NCBI GenBank assembly: GCA_024704765.1
Contig: JAKMXF010000199.1
Span: 493,074 to 557,073, forward strand
Source of the DNA: Oopsacas minuta
Lineage: Eukaryota; Animalia; Porifera
DNA: 64,000 nt
Direction of reading: 5' to 3'
Below are positions 37,860-49,886 of the stretch, one piece after another; position 1 is the stretch's first letter, and the number at the start of each line of letters is the position of its first letter. The notes under the pieces are model-generated. The model searched no databases, was not told the DNA's origin, and worked only from the letters and a program-made list of their open reading frames with translations. Made by a program: the position numbers and the translations under genes.

Positions 37860-40404
37860 GGATATATTCTCCAACTAGAGTCCCAACGCTTGTTCACTCC
37901 GTTGGGACCTCCTCCGCTTGGTTGGCGGCTTCCCAGGAAGGTAGTTAGTCTGTCGCACCTCCACTAGGCCCTGCTCACGCTTGAGGGCTAGGAGGAACTT
38001 CCATATGACGGTGTGATGGCAGTCGACAGTGGCATTGAAGCTGTGGTGCCATGCCTCCACGGCGTTGGTTGTACGGGGGAGCCCGAAGGGCGTGCTGAGG
38101 TGGTAGTTCCACAGGTCAATGGGAAACGTCGCCGCTACATGGCATCCAGTGGCTAGCGTGCGACCGATATACATCCTCTCAAAGTAGTCGATTAGCTCGC
38201 CTATCTCAGACGTAGGGGAGGTCCATTGCCACTTGCTTAAACAGATCGGATACGTTTGCTGGTCGGGCGAATGCATGGGCTGGTATCTTCCGGATGCGCA
38301 TGGCCAGCTCTTCGTCATGTGTGTAGTCAGACTGCAGCCCTACAGACTGCACATGGCGCCAGATATTCTGTGTGAGGTGGAAGAAGCAGCACCTCACCAC
38401 TGTGTTAGGCAGACATGCTCAAAGCTGTTAATTGCGCCCTTCTCAAAGTCCAGGAGTATTTGTTCAGGCTGGGCAAGAGGACATAGTATGCGGATCTGCT
38501 CCCACATCCTATGGTAGGTATCCTCTGTCTTGTTGGGCAGCAGCACGAACAGACTCGGCAACAGATGCCTAGTCTTCATAGGATCGTCTCCTCCTCGGAG
38601 TCCATGCACAACATACACCTGGGCGAAGAGGAGAGGCGCCGTCTTGAAGGTGCCATCAGCTAGCCAGATCTTGCTTTGCTGTAGCATCTCAAGGTTGCGT
38701 TGTGTCCCGAAGATGAGGAATCTATGTGCATCGTCTTCCCCAGAGTCATAGAGTAGGAACTGTTCCCCATTGGCTGTCCGCTGGCATTCTGCAGGTAGAA
38801 CCAACTCTGCTAGGGCGGTAGGCTGCACTGGAGCTGATAATACAATTGCACGCTGACGCTGTATCGTCCACTTCAGGCTGTCCAGCTTAGGTAGTTTAGC
38901 AGCAGTACCCTCTGATGCTGTTAGCATACCCTCACGATTATGTAGTGTGAGCTATCCTGTGTGTCTCGTGCTTTCCTCTTGATGCCGGCCTTTATCTCAC
39001 AGCAGGCCGTAGCCTGCACATCAGGTGCATGCAGATGCTCATTCGTACGCTTCACTATTTCCATTCCCTTCGTATGAACCCTTGCTTTCTCTTTCCCTCT
39101 CTCTCCAATGTGTCAAATCTCCTCTCTCCTTCCTCTCTTCGGATTTCTTCCTAATTCCTGACGGTGCAGCTACCAATTGAAGTGAACAGTGGTCGAGATG
39201 TGGTAGCTGCACCCAAGTAGAAGATAGTTTAGTTTTTAGTTTCTATTTGTTTTGTTTTGTTTCCTATTGTTATTAGATAAGTGTTTAATTAAATAATTAT
39301 ATTTCTTGTAAGTTACTTATTAATAATACAAGTAGTCATATTTAAACTGGGAAACTAGGATTTATAAAGAGCTTTGGCACAGTATTCTCGACAAAAGTAA
39401 TGAAATATAAACTTAAACATTTCTAATTGGCCATTTGTACATTGGCTTAATCAGGCCTGGTTTCCCCAAATAGGTGATCGTAAACCGAAAGCAAAACTCG
39501 CTCGTTTATATAAAATATTGCGAACATAAATGAAGCAAACATTACAAGACGCAGCTTTGTTGCATCGTATGTGGTTCCGGTGGGCGGTATACATATATAA
39601 TCAATAAACAATGTTTTTAGTCAACAGGGGCAAAACCAACACAGGGCGTGCTGCACAGCACTTCGATAACCGTGCACATCTAGATCTCATTGCGAGTATA
39701 CATGCCAAATCTGGTCTTAACCCCTCCAAAGTCCAAAGATGTGAACAAGGAAGTAATTTCAAGTACACACACATATATATATATATACAGTGAAACATTT
39801 GAATTACGGTCAACTTTGGACTCAGGTAAATGGCAGTAATTTCGGGGTTATCAATATAATTTGGTACTAATAAATGGCTGGAAGTCAGAATTATTGGGTG
39901 TCTGTAATTCTGAAGTATATTAATGTTAATGTCTATTGGAAATTTGGAATTCAACCGGCACAAAGAAGCGGGCTCCGGAAAACAAGTTTTAGCCCCACTG
40001 ATTCCGCCAGGACGCTAAAATTGTTTGAAACAAATGCAATAAGATCTAGTCAACTGCTCTTGAAGCTATACTAGTTGGCAATAATTACTACGTAATTATA
40101 TATGCCATCTTCTAATAATAACCATTGTATATTTTCGACCACAATCTGAATGAATCTATACAAGCTACTTAGTTAATCTATTTAGCAACTTATACAAAGC
40201 AACTTGTAAACCAATTTTATTTATGTTAGAATTAACCAAACGAATTCAGACAAGAAATTAGTTCAATTATTTAGCCATTTAAAACCTGTTAAATAATTAA
40301 CAAAAATTGACCAATCAAAAGTGGAGCGAAATGTCGTGGAACGAAATGTCGCTGGAACGAAATGTCTGGAACGAAATGTCGTGGAACGAAGTGCCGGACT
40401 TCCC
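37860..40404 (-). mobile_element. FLYWCH-MULE (Mutator) transposon, pseudogenised; 3' end missing
   Basis: The minus strand reads ...NEHLHAPD (FLYWCH), WLADGTFKTAP, LDFEKGAINSF, CFFHLTQNIW, RTTNAVEAWHHSF over ~39150-37870. The putative 5' terminus at 40404 (GGGAAGTCCGGCAC...) carries 15-bp subterminal repeats; its link to this ORF is inferred. Confidence 0.8.
40321..40395. repeat. Five tandem ~15-bp repeats (GGAACGAAATGTCGT)
   Basis: Directly visible; resembles subterminal repeats of animal MULEs. Confidence 0.9.
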
Positions 40405-40411
40405 TCAAACT

Positions 40412-43400
40412 CACTGTGGCCAGTCGTGGCCAGGTAACATCAAGTTTTAGGGTGATTTGTCATGATATTATCTGTAATTTAGAACTAAATCCAACCTCCC
40501 GCAACCTCCAGCAAATGAATAGCAAGTATTTTTAATAGAACGACCCGTTAATTTTAAAGAATTTCAGAATATCAGCAATTCATATTATACTACTTTTATT
40601 CACCAAATTTCTAGCAAATGTTTTAAATTCTAAATGAATAGCCAGGAAGCATTTGATTTTCTTATTTCTCAACCATCAATCAGAACGGTAGTCGATTCCT
40701 TCATCCAGATATAGGAGCTTTCAGATGGCGAATTCTCCTCAATTCGGAGAAGATTCAGCAAATTGAAGTCTGAACATGATGCTTTCAGTAAGTGTAACGA
40801 TCTATCTACATGGCAACCACTCCTGTTTTATTCTACTCAACCCTCCACTCCCACAAAGAAACGTATTATTGGAGAAGAGCGAGTGGTTTTGCAGTTAACC
40901 TTGCAAAGGAGTCAAGAAAACCTCTGCCTGAATTGGCACTAAAGGCTCTCAGATGTAGATTAAAACCACTTTGGGATTTAATCGCTACTATAGCAGAAAA
41001 TGAAAATGTTCGTGTAAAACAATAGCTACCTATGCTCTACAACTAATCTCTAATGAAGCTAACGACCAACGAACAGCTAATTCATGTAAAGACCTTCTTT
41101 CCAATGGGACATTTGCTTGTAGCGTCAAGCGATTGTCGATTGATAAATCTGTGTTCTTGCTAGATTTTCTTGAGATTGGTAAACACAAGTACACTAACAT
41201 GAAGAAATTATGTAAACCAGAAAATATTATGTTCCCCCCATACAACAAAGTAGCTGATTATCGTGCCACCATGATAGCATCATCTGAGATCATTGAAATT
41301 CGGAACAATGATCAAATTAAAATAGGAATTGGTATCTCATACTAATCTATCTTACAACAGACAACTTTACGATTACTTGAATCTAACTTATGTCCCGATG
41401 GTCAAAAAATATCCGTTAGAGCTTACCATCGCAGATGGATTGGATGGTTCCGGTGCCATAAAATTTACAACCAGTTTGATGGGAACCCACAATTTAATAC
41501 TAACAATTTCATTCTCTTTGCCTTCAAGATGCTATCAATTATTGATTCTGATGGAAATACCCTTTGGTCAAACCAAATTCCTAATTCACCATTTTGTGTC
41601 AGGCCAATAGCATTAGTAGCTCAAAAGGAGAACGAAAAGAATACTATATTCTTAATGGATCTTATGATCAATCGTGAGGTGACTAACATTGAAAAGGACG
41701 GACTAGAGCTACCATATGGTAATGTTAGAGTTAAAACTCTCCGAACAATGTTTGATGGGAAAATGTCTGGTAGTCTGAGTGGAGCAAGTGGTGCAAGTTG
41801 CCAACTTTGTACTGCAAGTTTTGCAGAATTAACAGATTTAGAACTTGTCCGATCAGGGTTTCCTATCAACAGGACGATAACTTCAGCAAAGGAAATATTC
41901 TCTATTGTGAACACAGAAAACTATTTATTACTACCTTCGAAAGATCGTTGTGGTTTAACACACGAACCCATATCTGAGATTGATATAATACCAGCATCTC
42001 CACTACATGCCTACACTTGTGTCTTTCGTTGGTTTATGCTTCTTATATACCACATGCGTTCAGGTACTTTTAAATGGTTGCCAACTTCTAGAGTGATAAA
42101 GGATTCAATGAAATTTACTCGGGAGTTCTTATGGGAGAAAACAGGGCTGAGAATCGATCAACTATCCAGTGATGGAGGAACAATTTCAACTGAAAATATG
42201 GCAAGACAGCGTTTTCTCAATAAAAATTACTTTATTTATTGGGTTTCCACTTTGATTTCAGAAGATATGTGAGAGCCAATTAATACTTTGCATAGTAATC
42301 TATCAGTTCTATTGCGTATCTTCAACTGTAATCATGCAGTAGATATTGACAAACTGAATTCTCTTTGTAGGGACACCTACGAATCGATACTCTTTAACTT
42401 TCCTTGGGCAAATGTTAATCCATCTCTCCATCGTCTACTTGCTCACTCCACTGAACTAATTCGAGATTGTAATGAAGGATTTGGATTAAAGAATTTCTCT
42501 GAAGAAGCAGTGGAGACTTGTAATAAATTAATCCGAAGATACCGTGAACATCTTGCGAGGAAAATTTAATTCACAACAAATCCCAGAGATACATTTGTCC
42601 GTCTGTTGAGCCAAAGCGATCCAGCTCTGTTAGGTTTTCGTAATATCCTTAAGTGTAAGGAATGTGGAGGAATCGGACACACCTGCGGCTGAAATGTATA
42701 AATTTGCTTCACCAGACTATCGATCAAGACATACTATTTAATTCTTTAATATTTGAGTAGCGTCTTGCTTTCTATCTTCAACTTCCACACAAATAGTTTT
42801 CGAAAGCGCTCAAAGGCAAGGTGCATTGAACCTTGTGGGGACCTCTGTCCGAGGCTATTCAGGCAACGCAATCCCAATTATGGCGAGCCCAGATAATGGA
42901 AACGCGACCCGCAACGGCATATCCCCAGTGGCGAAAACGTTAAGTAACTCTGATCAATCTGAAGTGTATTGCGGAAAAGGCGACGCAACTGAGGAGCCCA
43001 TGCCAGGACAAACACTTGGGTCGCAATAAGGCTACAATAGTTTTATTTAAATTTACAGGATAATTAACCGTCAGGTATTAAGAACACGCAAAATGTTCAA
43101 GTCACCCTAAAATTCCAAAATTTCAATTTTTTCGCTTCATACATAAAATTGCTATTGCGGTAATAATATACAGCAAAAAGAGAGTTAAATTGATAATCTA
43201 GACACTTTACCCCTTGGTACATATTTTTAGTGTAAACTCTTTACCTAAATACCTGAAATAACACAGATATTTCAGGAATTCAACTTTTATAATTTTGCTT
43301 ACGTCATCATAACAAGAATAATAGAAGCCACATAAGTTCTCAATCTGGTAAATCTACTATAAATAGTGATTACCCATTAGTAAGTAATATATTGTATACC

Positions 43401-43610
43401 CCTATCTCCAACCTGAATAGATTTACGCTGGTATATGTTTCACAAATTTTGCTTACGTCATCATAACTCAAAAATAGAAGCCATACCAAAAATATTTTGT
43501 TGTCAATCTACTAGTTATATGCAATAACCTATAGACACATATTACATTTTATGCACTTTAAATGTACCCAAGACCCTGAAGCCTACGTATAGCCATTTAT
43601 AACCACTGTG
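40412..43610 (+). mobile_element. RAG1-like/Transib transposon with heptamer-like ends
   Basis: Left end CACTGTGG at 40412; right end reads CACAGTGG on the minus strand from 43610. Internal inverted TTTTAGGGTGAYTTG at ~40444 and ~43100. No matching 5-bp TSD, so the boundaries are inferred. Confidence 0.65.
40634..42695 (+). pseudogene. RAG1-like transposase, frameshifted
   Basis: NBD-like SRKPLPELALKALRCRLKPL; DGLDGSG (D at 41443); WSNQIPNSPFCVRPIAL; TMFDGKM (D at 41754); SCQLC; SPLHAY; PSLHRLLAH; FSEEAVE (E at 42501) ..NKLIRRYREHLARK; DTFVRLLSQSDP; KCKECGGIGH tail. Confidence 0.88.
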
Positions 43611-43829
43611 TGCTGATTCCATATATACTGTTCAAACAATGTAAAATGTTACCTAGACGATGTATTACTCTAGAAAGATTTTCGAGGGTTTCATTTAATC
43701 GATCATGAGAATACAATATACGGTGGGGTGATATTTGTAGAGGAGACAACCTTGACGAGTAACATGAATATTTTACAAAATCTGTCCGCCAGAACAATTT
43801 ATGTAGGGGGAGACTATTATTGCCAAAAG

Positions 43830-44401
43830 AGTATTTCAATTTCAACTGTCCACATATATTTACTGTGATACTGAACTATACAAACTGCTTTCAGTCAGGT
43901 TCAAATATCAGTAAATAATCAGTGTAATATCAACTTGAAACAACATAAAAACTCAATTTCAACTGTCTGTGCATATATTCACTGTGATATCCACTTGAAA
44001 CAATGTAATCATTCAATTTCAACTGTCTACACACAATCACTGTGATACTATAGTACACAAATGGTTTCAGTCAATTTTAACTGTCCGTACATATTCACTG
44101 TGACATCAACTTGAAACTACATGATCATTCAATTACAAATTTTTGTACATATTTACCATGATATCAACTGGAAACAACTCAATTATTCAATGTCAACTGT
44201 TTACAAATATTCACTGCAATACTGGACACTACAAAGCTTTTCACTACATTTACAATTTCGACACATGGGAAGTCAAATGCTGAACTATACAAAGATTTGA
44301 TATTCAAATTCACATTTCTCAACATCAAAATTATGTAACTAAACTATACAAAGGTTCTCTGATAAATTCAAATGTCTTTAGATCTTCATTTTAAACCTAT
44401 A
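43830..44401. repeat. Degenerate satellite-like repeat, left segment
   Basis: Recurring TTCAATTTCAACTGTC..ATATTCACTGTGATA..TGAAAC motifs grading into the ~175-bp unit; continues past the Tc1 at 48464. Confidence 0.75.
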
Positions 44402-47400
44402 CAGGGTGTAACAAAAGTCTTGGCCTGTTGCATTATGGTGGCTCACATAAAATATTTCAGGGTCACAATATCTAATTATTTACCAATAAAATCACCAACT
44501 CTTTGTTAACTAATTTCATTCGATTGGGCATCTCATTCACCAGGTTTCGAAGTAAGTTTGGGTGAAATCGTCTTCCATGCCGTTTTTATGTTGCAATTAG
44601 GGCCTGAATCGTGGTGACCTGGCCCATTTCATCCAACCGTTCATCTAAAATACCCACTAAAGATTTTCAATCGGATTCAAGTAGGGGGAGTTAGCTGGCC
44701 ACTCCCCTTTCTTCCATAACCGAGGGAACTTCTCTGAACATCACTGCTGCGCGGCATTGGCTGTGTGTGCGGGGGCACCATCCTGCATAAACAGAAATTT
44801 TGACATGCTTCCAACATGGACCTCTCAATAACGGACCCCTTTTTAGCTTTACGAGCGATCGCATTTAGACAGGTTTTCTTCAATATTTCGTTCCTATAGT
44901 AGGCTCTATTGATGGTCTGTTTTTGGGGTACAATGTGCAGTTCTGACAGCACTCTGTGTGACATCATTCCCCAGACCATAAGTTTCGCTCGGAATTTGAC
45001 CTGAAAATAGCTCAATATTTGTGAACCATTGCTCATAGTCGATCATTCTGTCTGTTTGGCGAATGAAATAACTCATAGCATAGGCGTAGCTAGGACCAAG
45101 TGAGTGGTGGGGCACATACAAGGGGAGTTTCCCCATCCCGCGCGCAAAACAGGGAAGCTCAGCCGCTCAGGGATATTCCATTGCGAAACTCTAATTAACA
45201 CAACTAATCGTATACATGAATCTATGCTATATAATTATGTACTAAAACAATATCAATAAAATTCAGAGCGCCGCTGACTTGAAGAAGCAAACTTGTCCAC
45301 AATCAAGTCAAGTTCTGTTTCCAAACTTCTGGCTACCTCAGCCTCAATGTTCATTAAAGCCAATCCACTCAATCGCTGTTGCCCAATTGTACTCCGAAGG
45401 TATGTTTTTAGTCTCCTCAATGCAGAAAATGACCGCTCCGGAGATGCTGTGGATACAGGTATGCATGCAGCTATTAGGATCAGTTTCCATACTAGGGGAA
45501 ACATCACATTCAGGTTCTTATCCACGAATAGCTGAGCCAGATCTAGAACACTCGGGGTGTCTTTAATAATATTATTTTTTACGTATGAATAGAAAACTCT
45601 CATTTCACACTCCAGTTGATGACTATCAAAGTCGTAAAACTCAGACAATTTCTGTATGAGGTGTGAATTTGGCTGCCATTTCAGTAGCACTTCATTAATA
45701 TTACGCAATATTTCATAATCATTCTCTGCAAAGCGTTCTTTCAGTTCTGATAAGAGGATATCAATTGTAGCATAGAAGACAGCTGTCCGATAACGGTCCT
45801 CAGCAGACGAGTAATCATGATTTTGTGATCCATCGTCAAAGCATCTGGGAACTTTCCGCCTTCGAGGCTCTGATGGTGGGTCTAGTTGGTGGTCCTCAGC
45901 AAGTTTTTCTGCACTACTCCAAAGATGGTGGAAGAAGTCCCCATTTCTGATACAAGTTAGAGAGTCTATTACACTTTGTATTTTCCCTTGTAAAGAAGAT
46001 ATGTCAAGATTTTGAGACTGCAGTTCACGAGAAAAGGAATCAGTAATTGCAAATAGGTAGTCCAAAATCTCAATCATGATTAAGAAATCGAAGGTTGAAA
46101 TGTGTCTCAAAAGAGATGCAGCATCAGCACCTGACTTGGCAGCATGATGCTCAGCAATGTCTTCTAAAGATTGGAGAATGGCAGAGTATGTTAGCTTCAC
46201 TGCATGTATAGCCCTGTAACGACATGACCAACGTGTTTCGCACAGTGCTTTCAATGTAACTGATCGACTAATTCCCAACTTTTCTTGTATTTCATGAAAC
46301 AGATGATGACGCTTTGCAGAACCCTCAATAAAACTATATAGTGTGGAGCAGTACCCAAGGCATTTCTGACTTCTCTGATGTTCATGCAAGCTTCGCAAAG
46401 AACAAGATTTAATTGGTGAGCATGACAGTGTATATATAACGCTCGATGTTCTTCCTCTTGTACCCTTGAAGCAAGTCCAGAATATTTCCCTCGCATGTTT
46501 GCTGCTCCATCGTAACACTGAGCTCGCACATTATGAAGGCACAGAGTTAGCTCACATAAGACAGACTTCAGGAGATTATACAATGCTTCACCAGTTGTGC
46601 TGGCACATTTCCAGAATCCCAAAAAACGTTCTTGTATAATAGCGTTGCTACCTTTTATAGAAAGGTAGCGTACGCAAACGGCAGCCTGTTCAATTTTGGC
46701 AGTGTCCATAGTTTCATCGACCATCACTGCAAAGTATTGGCTGTCATGTACTTCTTTCACAATTTGTTCTTGAATCAAACGCCCAATGATAGAAATCAGT
46801 TCGTTTTGAATCTGAGGACTGGTATATTTGATTCGGTGCGAAAAAAGGGAACCAAGTAGGTCTTTATTATCCTTAGCTCGTAATGCCAGAATTTCGAGAA
46901 AATTGCCACGGTTAATCGATGACTCTGCCTCATCATGACCCCGTAATGGAATGTTCTGCTTCCCAAGAAAAAGAATAGTCTCAGAAATAGTTCGTAGGTG
47001 TGCACGATTCTTCTCAACCTGTGCCTTGTGTGATAAACTAAGCTGAGAAGCAATGGAGTTTTTCTGTGTCTTGGCTAAAGTCCAGGCAGTCATTGCAGAA
47101 TGATGCACAATTGTACCATTATGATTTCTGAATCTCTCAGTTGCATTCTTCCAGAAGCGAAACCCTGTGTGCGTAAATGCTGGCTCTCCACACCCTGGGT
47201 GACTTGCAGCAAACAGCCGACATGGAAAGCAAAAGGCAGAGTCAAGCTTTACACTGTATTCTAACCAAGGGCGACCAACAAACCACTCAGATCGGAAAGT
47301 TCGCAGACTCTCTCCCAATTGTCTGCTAGGGAAGCACACATCGTTTGGTTGATATGGCCCCTCCCATTGATTAGCAGCAATTGGACCATTGGCTGGATCT

Positions 47401-48461
47401 AGAGGGTCTGACTCTCCACCACTGTGACCATCACTGACGATACGTTCAAGTTGTTTGCTCGAATCGGAATTTTGGTTCTGTCCTGGTGAATCAATACCTT
47501 CAACGGGTTCTTGCGAGTCGGCACTGGCTGTCTCGCTGTCCTTTGAAGCTGAATCTCTCCCGGATCCCCCCACAATGTAAAGAGTGATGCCTGTTTGAAA
47601 TTTGTACTTTGAGTCTTCTTTTCGCTTTCACTGTCCCTAGCTATCTCAGTCTCCGAGTCTTTCTCGATCTGAGCAGCCATTGCGAAATACTACGTGCCCA
47701 AACTAATTTGTAAATATAAAGTCTCATTAGATTAGTTGCATAAAAAGTGGTGGGGCACATGCCCCACCTTGCCATACTTACGCTACGCCTATGACTCAAA
47801 GGGTGATTCATCAGACCAGAACACATTATTCCAATCTTCCCAAGACCAATTCTCATGATCCCGGGCGAATTTCAACCGATTTTCTTTGACCTTTTGTCTA
47901 ATTTTTGACCATTTGGGACGCTTATAGGGTCTGACATCAAGCCTTTGTGCTAAGTGCCGCTGAATAGTCGTGTGGGATGTGGGGTTTCCTCTGATAGATA
48001 GTCTCCTCTACAATTTTCGGGTTGATTGCCTCCTTTTCCCCGAGGATTTCTTAATCACAATTTGTGATACCCGTTGCAAAATTTGAGGCCGTCTAGATCG
48101 AGGCTTAGTTTCCATTGTCTCACCGAATTTGTGCTGACTCCATCATCTCCGTACTGATCTTACTCCAACATTTAGATGTGTAGCTACCTCCTTTTGAGTA
48201 GTGCCTCTTTCAAGCATCCCAATTGCTTTTGAAAGGAGCTCGACTTCGTGATCATCGACATTCATTTTCCCAAAAAACACTGGTAAGGTAGATATGTTAA
48301 AAATTTCGAGAGCAGTGTTGAAGATACTCAATATGCCCATAGTATAAATGTAGTTGCTATATAGTAAGTATCAGTCAACTAGCATTTCCGTTGTATGCTA
48401 TAATTACTAGTATATTAAATCCATCTACGATTGAGAACCGGCCAAGACGTTTGTTACACTG
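44402..48461 (-). mobile_element. Tc1-like DD37E transposon (about 1.34 kb net) inserted in the satellite and hosting a hAT
   Basis: TIRs CAGGGTGTAACAAAAGTCTTGGCC and GGCCAAGACGTTTGTTACACTG, TA-flanked. ATG at 48265 (MNVDDHEVELL), VFWSDESPFE|LFHSPNRQ, QDGAPAH..WPANSPYLNPIE with 37 residues from D to E. Confidence 0.92.
45079..47793 (-). mobile_element. hAT transposon (ZMYM1-like), near-intact, 8-bp TSD
   Basis: TIRs CATAGGCGTAGC and GCTACGCCTATG; flanks ACTCATAG and ACTCAAAG. ORFs 47399-47680, 46251-47573 and 45253-46518 join with two frameshifts (MVDETMD, QCYDGA, HCHAHQLNL, ETRWS, PERSFSALRRLKT). Confidence 0.93.
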
Positions 48462-48463
48462 TA

Positions 48464-49878
48464 CAATACAAAGACTTTCGATCAATTTTCAATTTCCAGA
48501 AATGGGAAGTTTGTTCTTGAACTATACAGACATTTGATAGTCCCTTCAACATTTATCAAGATCTATAATTGTGTAATAAAACTCTACAAAGTTCATCAGA
48601 CAATTTCAAATGTCTGCATATATTTACTTGAATCCTGTACAACACAAAGCAAATCAGTCAATTTTATGTTCGAGTACAGGGATGCTAGATCCTGAACTAA
48701 ACAAAGATTTGAAAGTCTATTTCACATTTATGAAAGTATAATTGTGTATCAAAGATATAAACTTTATCAGACTATTTCAAATTTAGGCGGATACTCACTG
48801 CAAAACTGGACAACACAAAGCATTTCACTCAATTTCCTCTTTCGAGAAATGGGAAGTTAGTTCCTGAACTATACAGAGATTTGATAGTCAATTCCACAAT
48901 ACCAACATCAATAATTGTCTAACAAAGCTGTACAAAGTTTATCAGACAATTTCAAATGCAGGTAGAAATTCACTTTAATCCAATACATTACTAATCATTT
49001 CACTCGATTTCCAATTTCGAGAAATGGGAGGTTAGTTCCAGAACTATACAAAGATGTGATGGTTAATTTCTATTTTCCCAAATTGTAAATAGTGTAACTA
49101 AAATATACCAATAGTTATCATTCGATTACAAATGGAAGCAAATACTCATTGCAAAACCGGACAACAGAAAGCATTTCACTCAATTTCCAATTTAGAGAAA
49201 CATGAAGTTATTTCCTGAACTATACAGAGATTTTACATCCAATTTCGCCTATCCCATCATCTAAATTGATAAATTATATCCTACAAAGTTCAGTGGACAA
49301 TTTCAAATGTTCACACATATTTACATCAAATATATATAATACAAAGTATTTCACTCAAATTCCAATTTCAAGTATTGGGAAGTTAGTTCCTGAACGATAC
49401 ATAGGTTTGATACTCAATTTCATATTACACAAATCTAAATTGTGTATCTAAAGTATACAAACTGTATCAAACAATTTCAAATATCTGCATATATTCAATT
49501 CAAACCTATACAAAGCATTTCAATCTAATTCCAATTTGGGAAATTGGGAAGTCAGTTCCTGAGCAAAACAGGAATTTGATAATCAATTCTACCACTGCCG
49601 AACATTTAAATTGATAACTTAACTCCCAAATGTATTTGATTGAAATGCTATGTTTAGACCAATATTCCAGTGGAAGTGTTCTGACATTTGAAATGGAGTG
49701 GCAGTAGTTTGTACAGTGTAGTTTCACAATTCTCTGCGTGGAAATTTGAAACTGACCTTGAAATACCTGTATAGTTTAGCACTTCACATCCAACTGGTTT
49801 GCTTGCATAATATATGAAATGCTTTGTATTTCATATTATCTTAGTCAATGTGTTCTGTTAATAACAATTGAGCGATAA
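48464..49878. repeat. Degenerate ~175-bp satellite with an orientation switch near 49600-49630
   Basis: GAAATGGGAAGTTAGTTCCTGAACTATAC recurs at ~48498, 48846, 49020, 49198, 49374 and 49541. From ~49630 the complementary GAAATGCT(A/T)TG motif appears instead. Confidence 0.85.
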
Positions 49879-49886
49879 TCCATATA

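Noticed and set aside
39601-40074. ORFs 39601-39963, 39611-39793 and 39874-40074 as genes
   Set aside because: Short, overlapping, no recognisable motif, and crossing a (TA)n run.
40321-40395. CRISPR or iteron array
   Set aside because: Contiguous 15-bp repeats without spacers; better explained as transposon subterminal repeats.
40412-43610. True RAG1-RAG2 locus or complete 12/23 RSS pair
   Set aside because: No RAG2-like ORF, no ACAAAAACC nonamer at 12 or 23 bp from either heptamer, and the RAG1-like ORF is broken.
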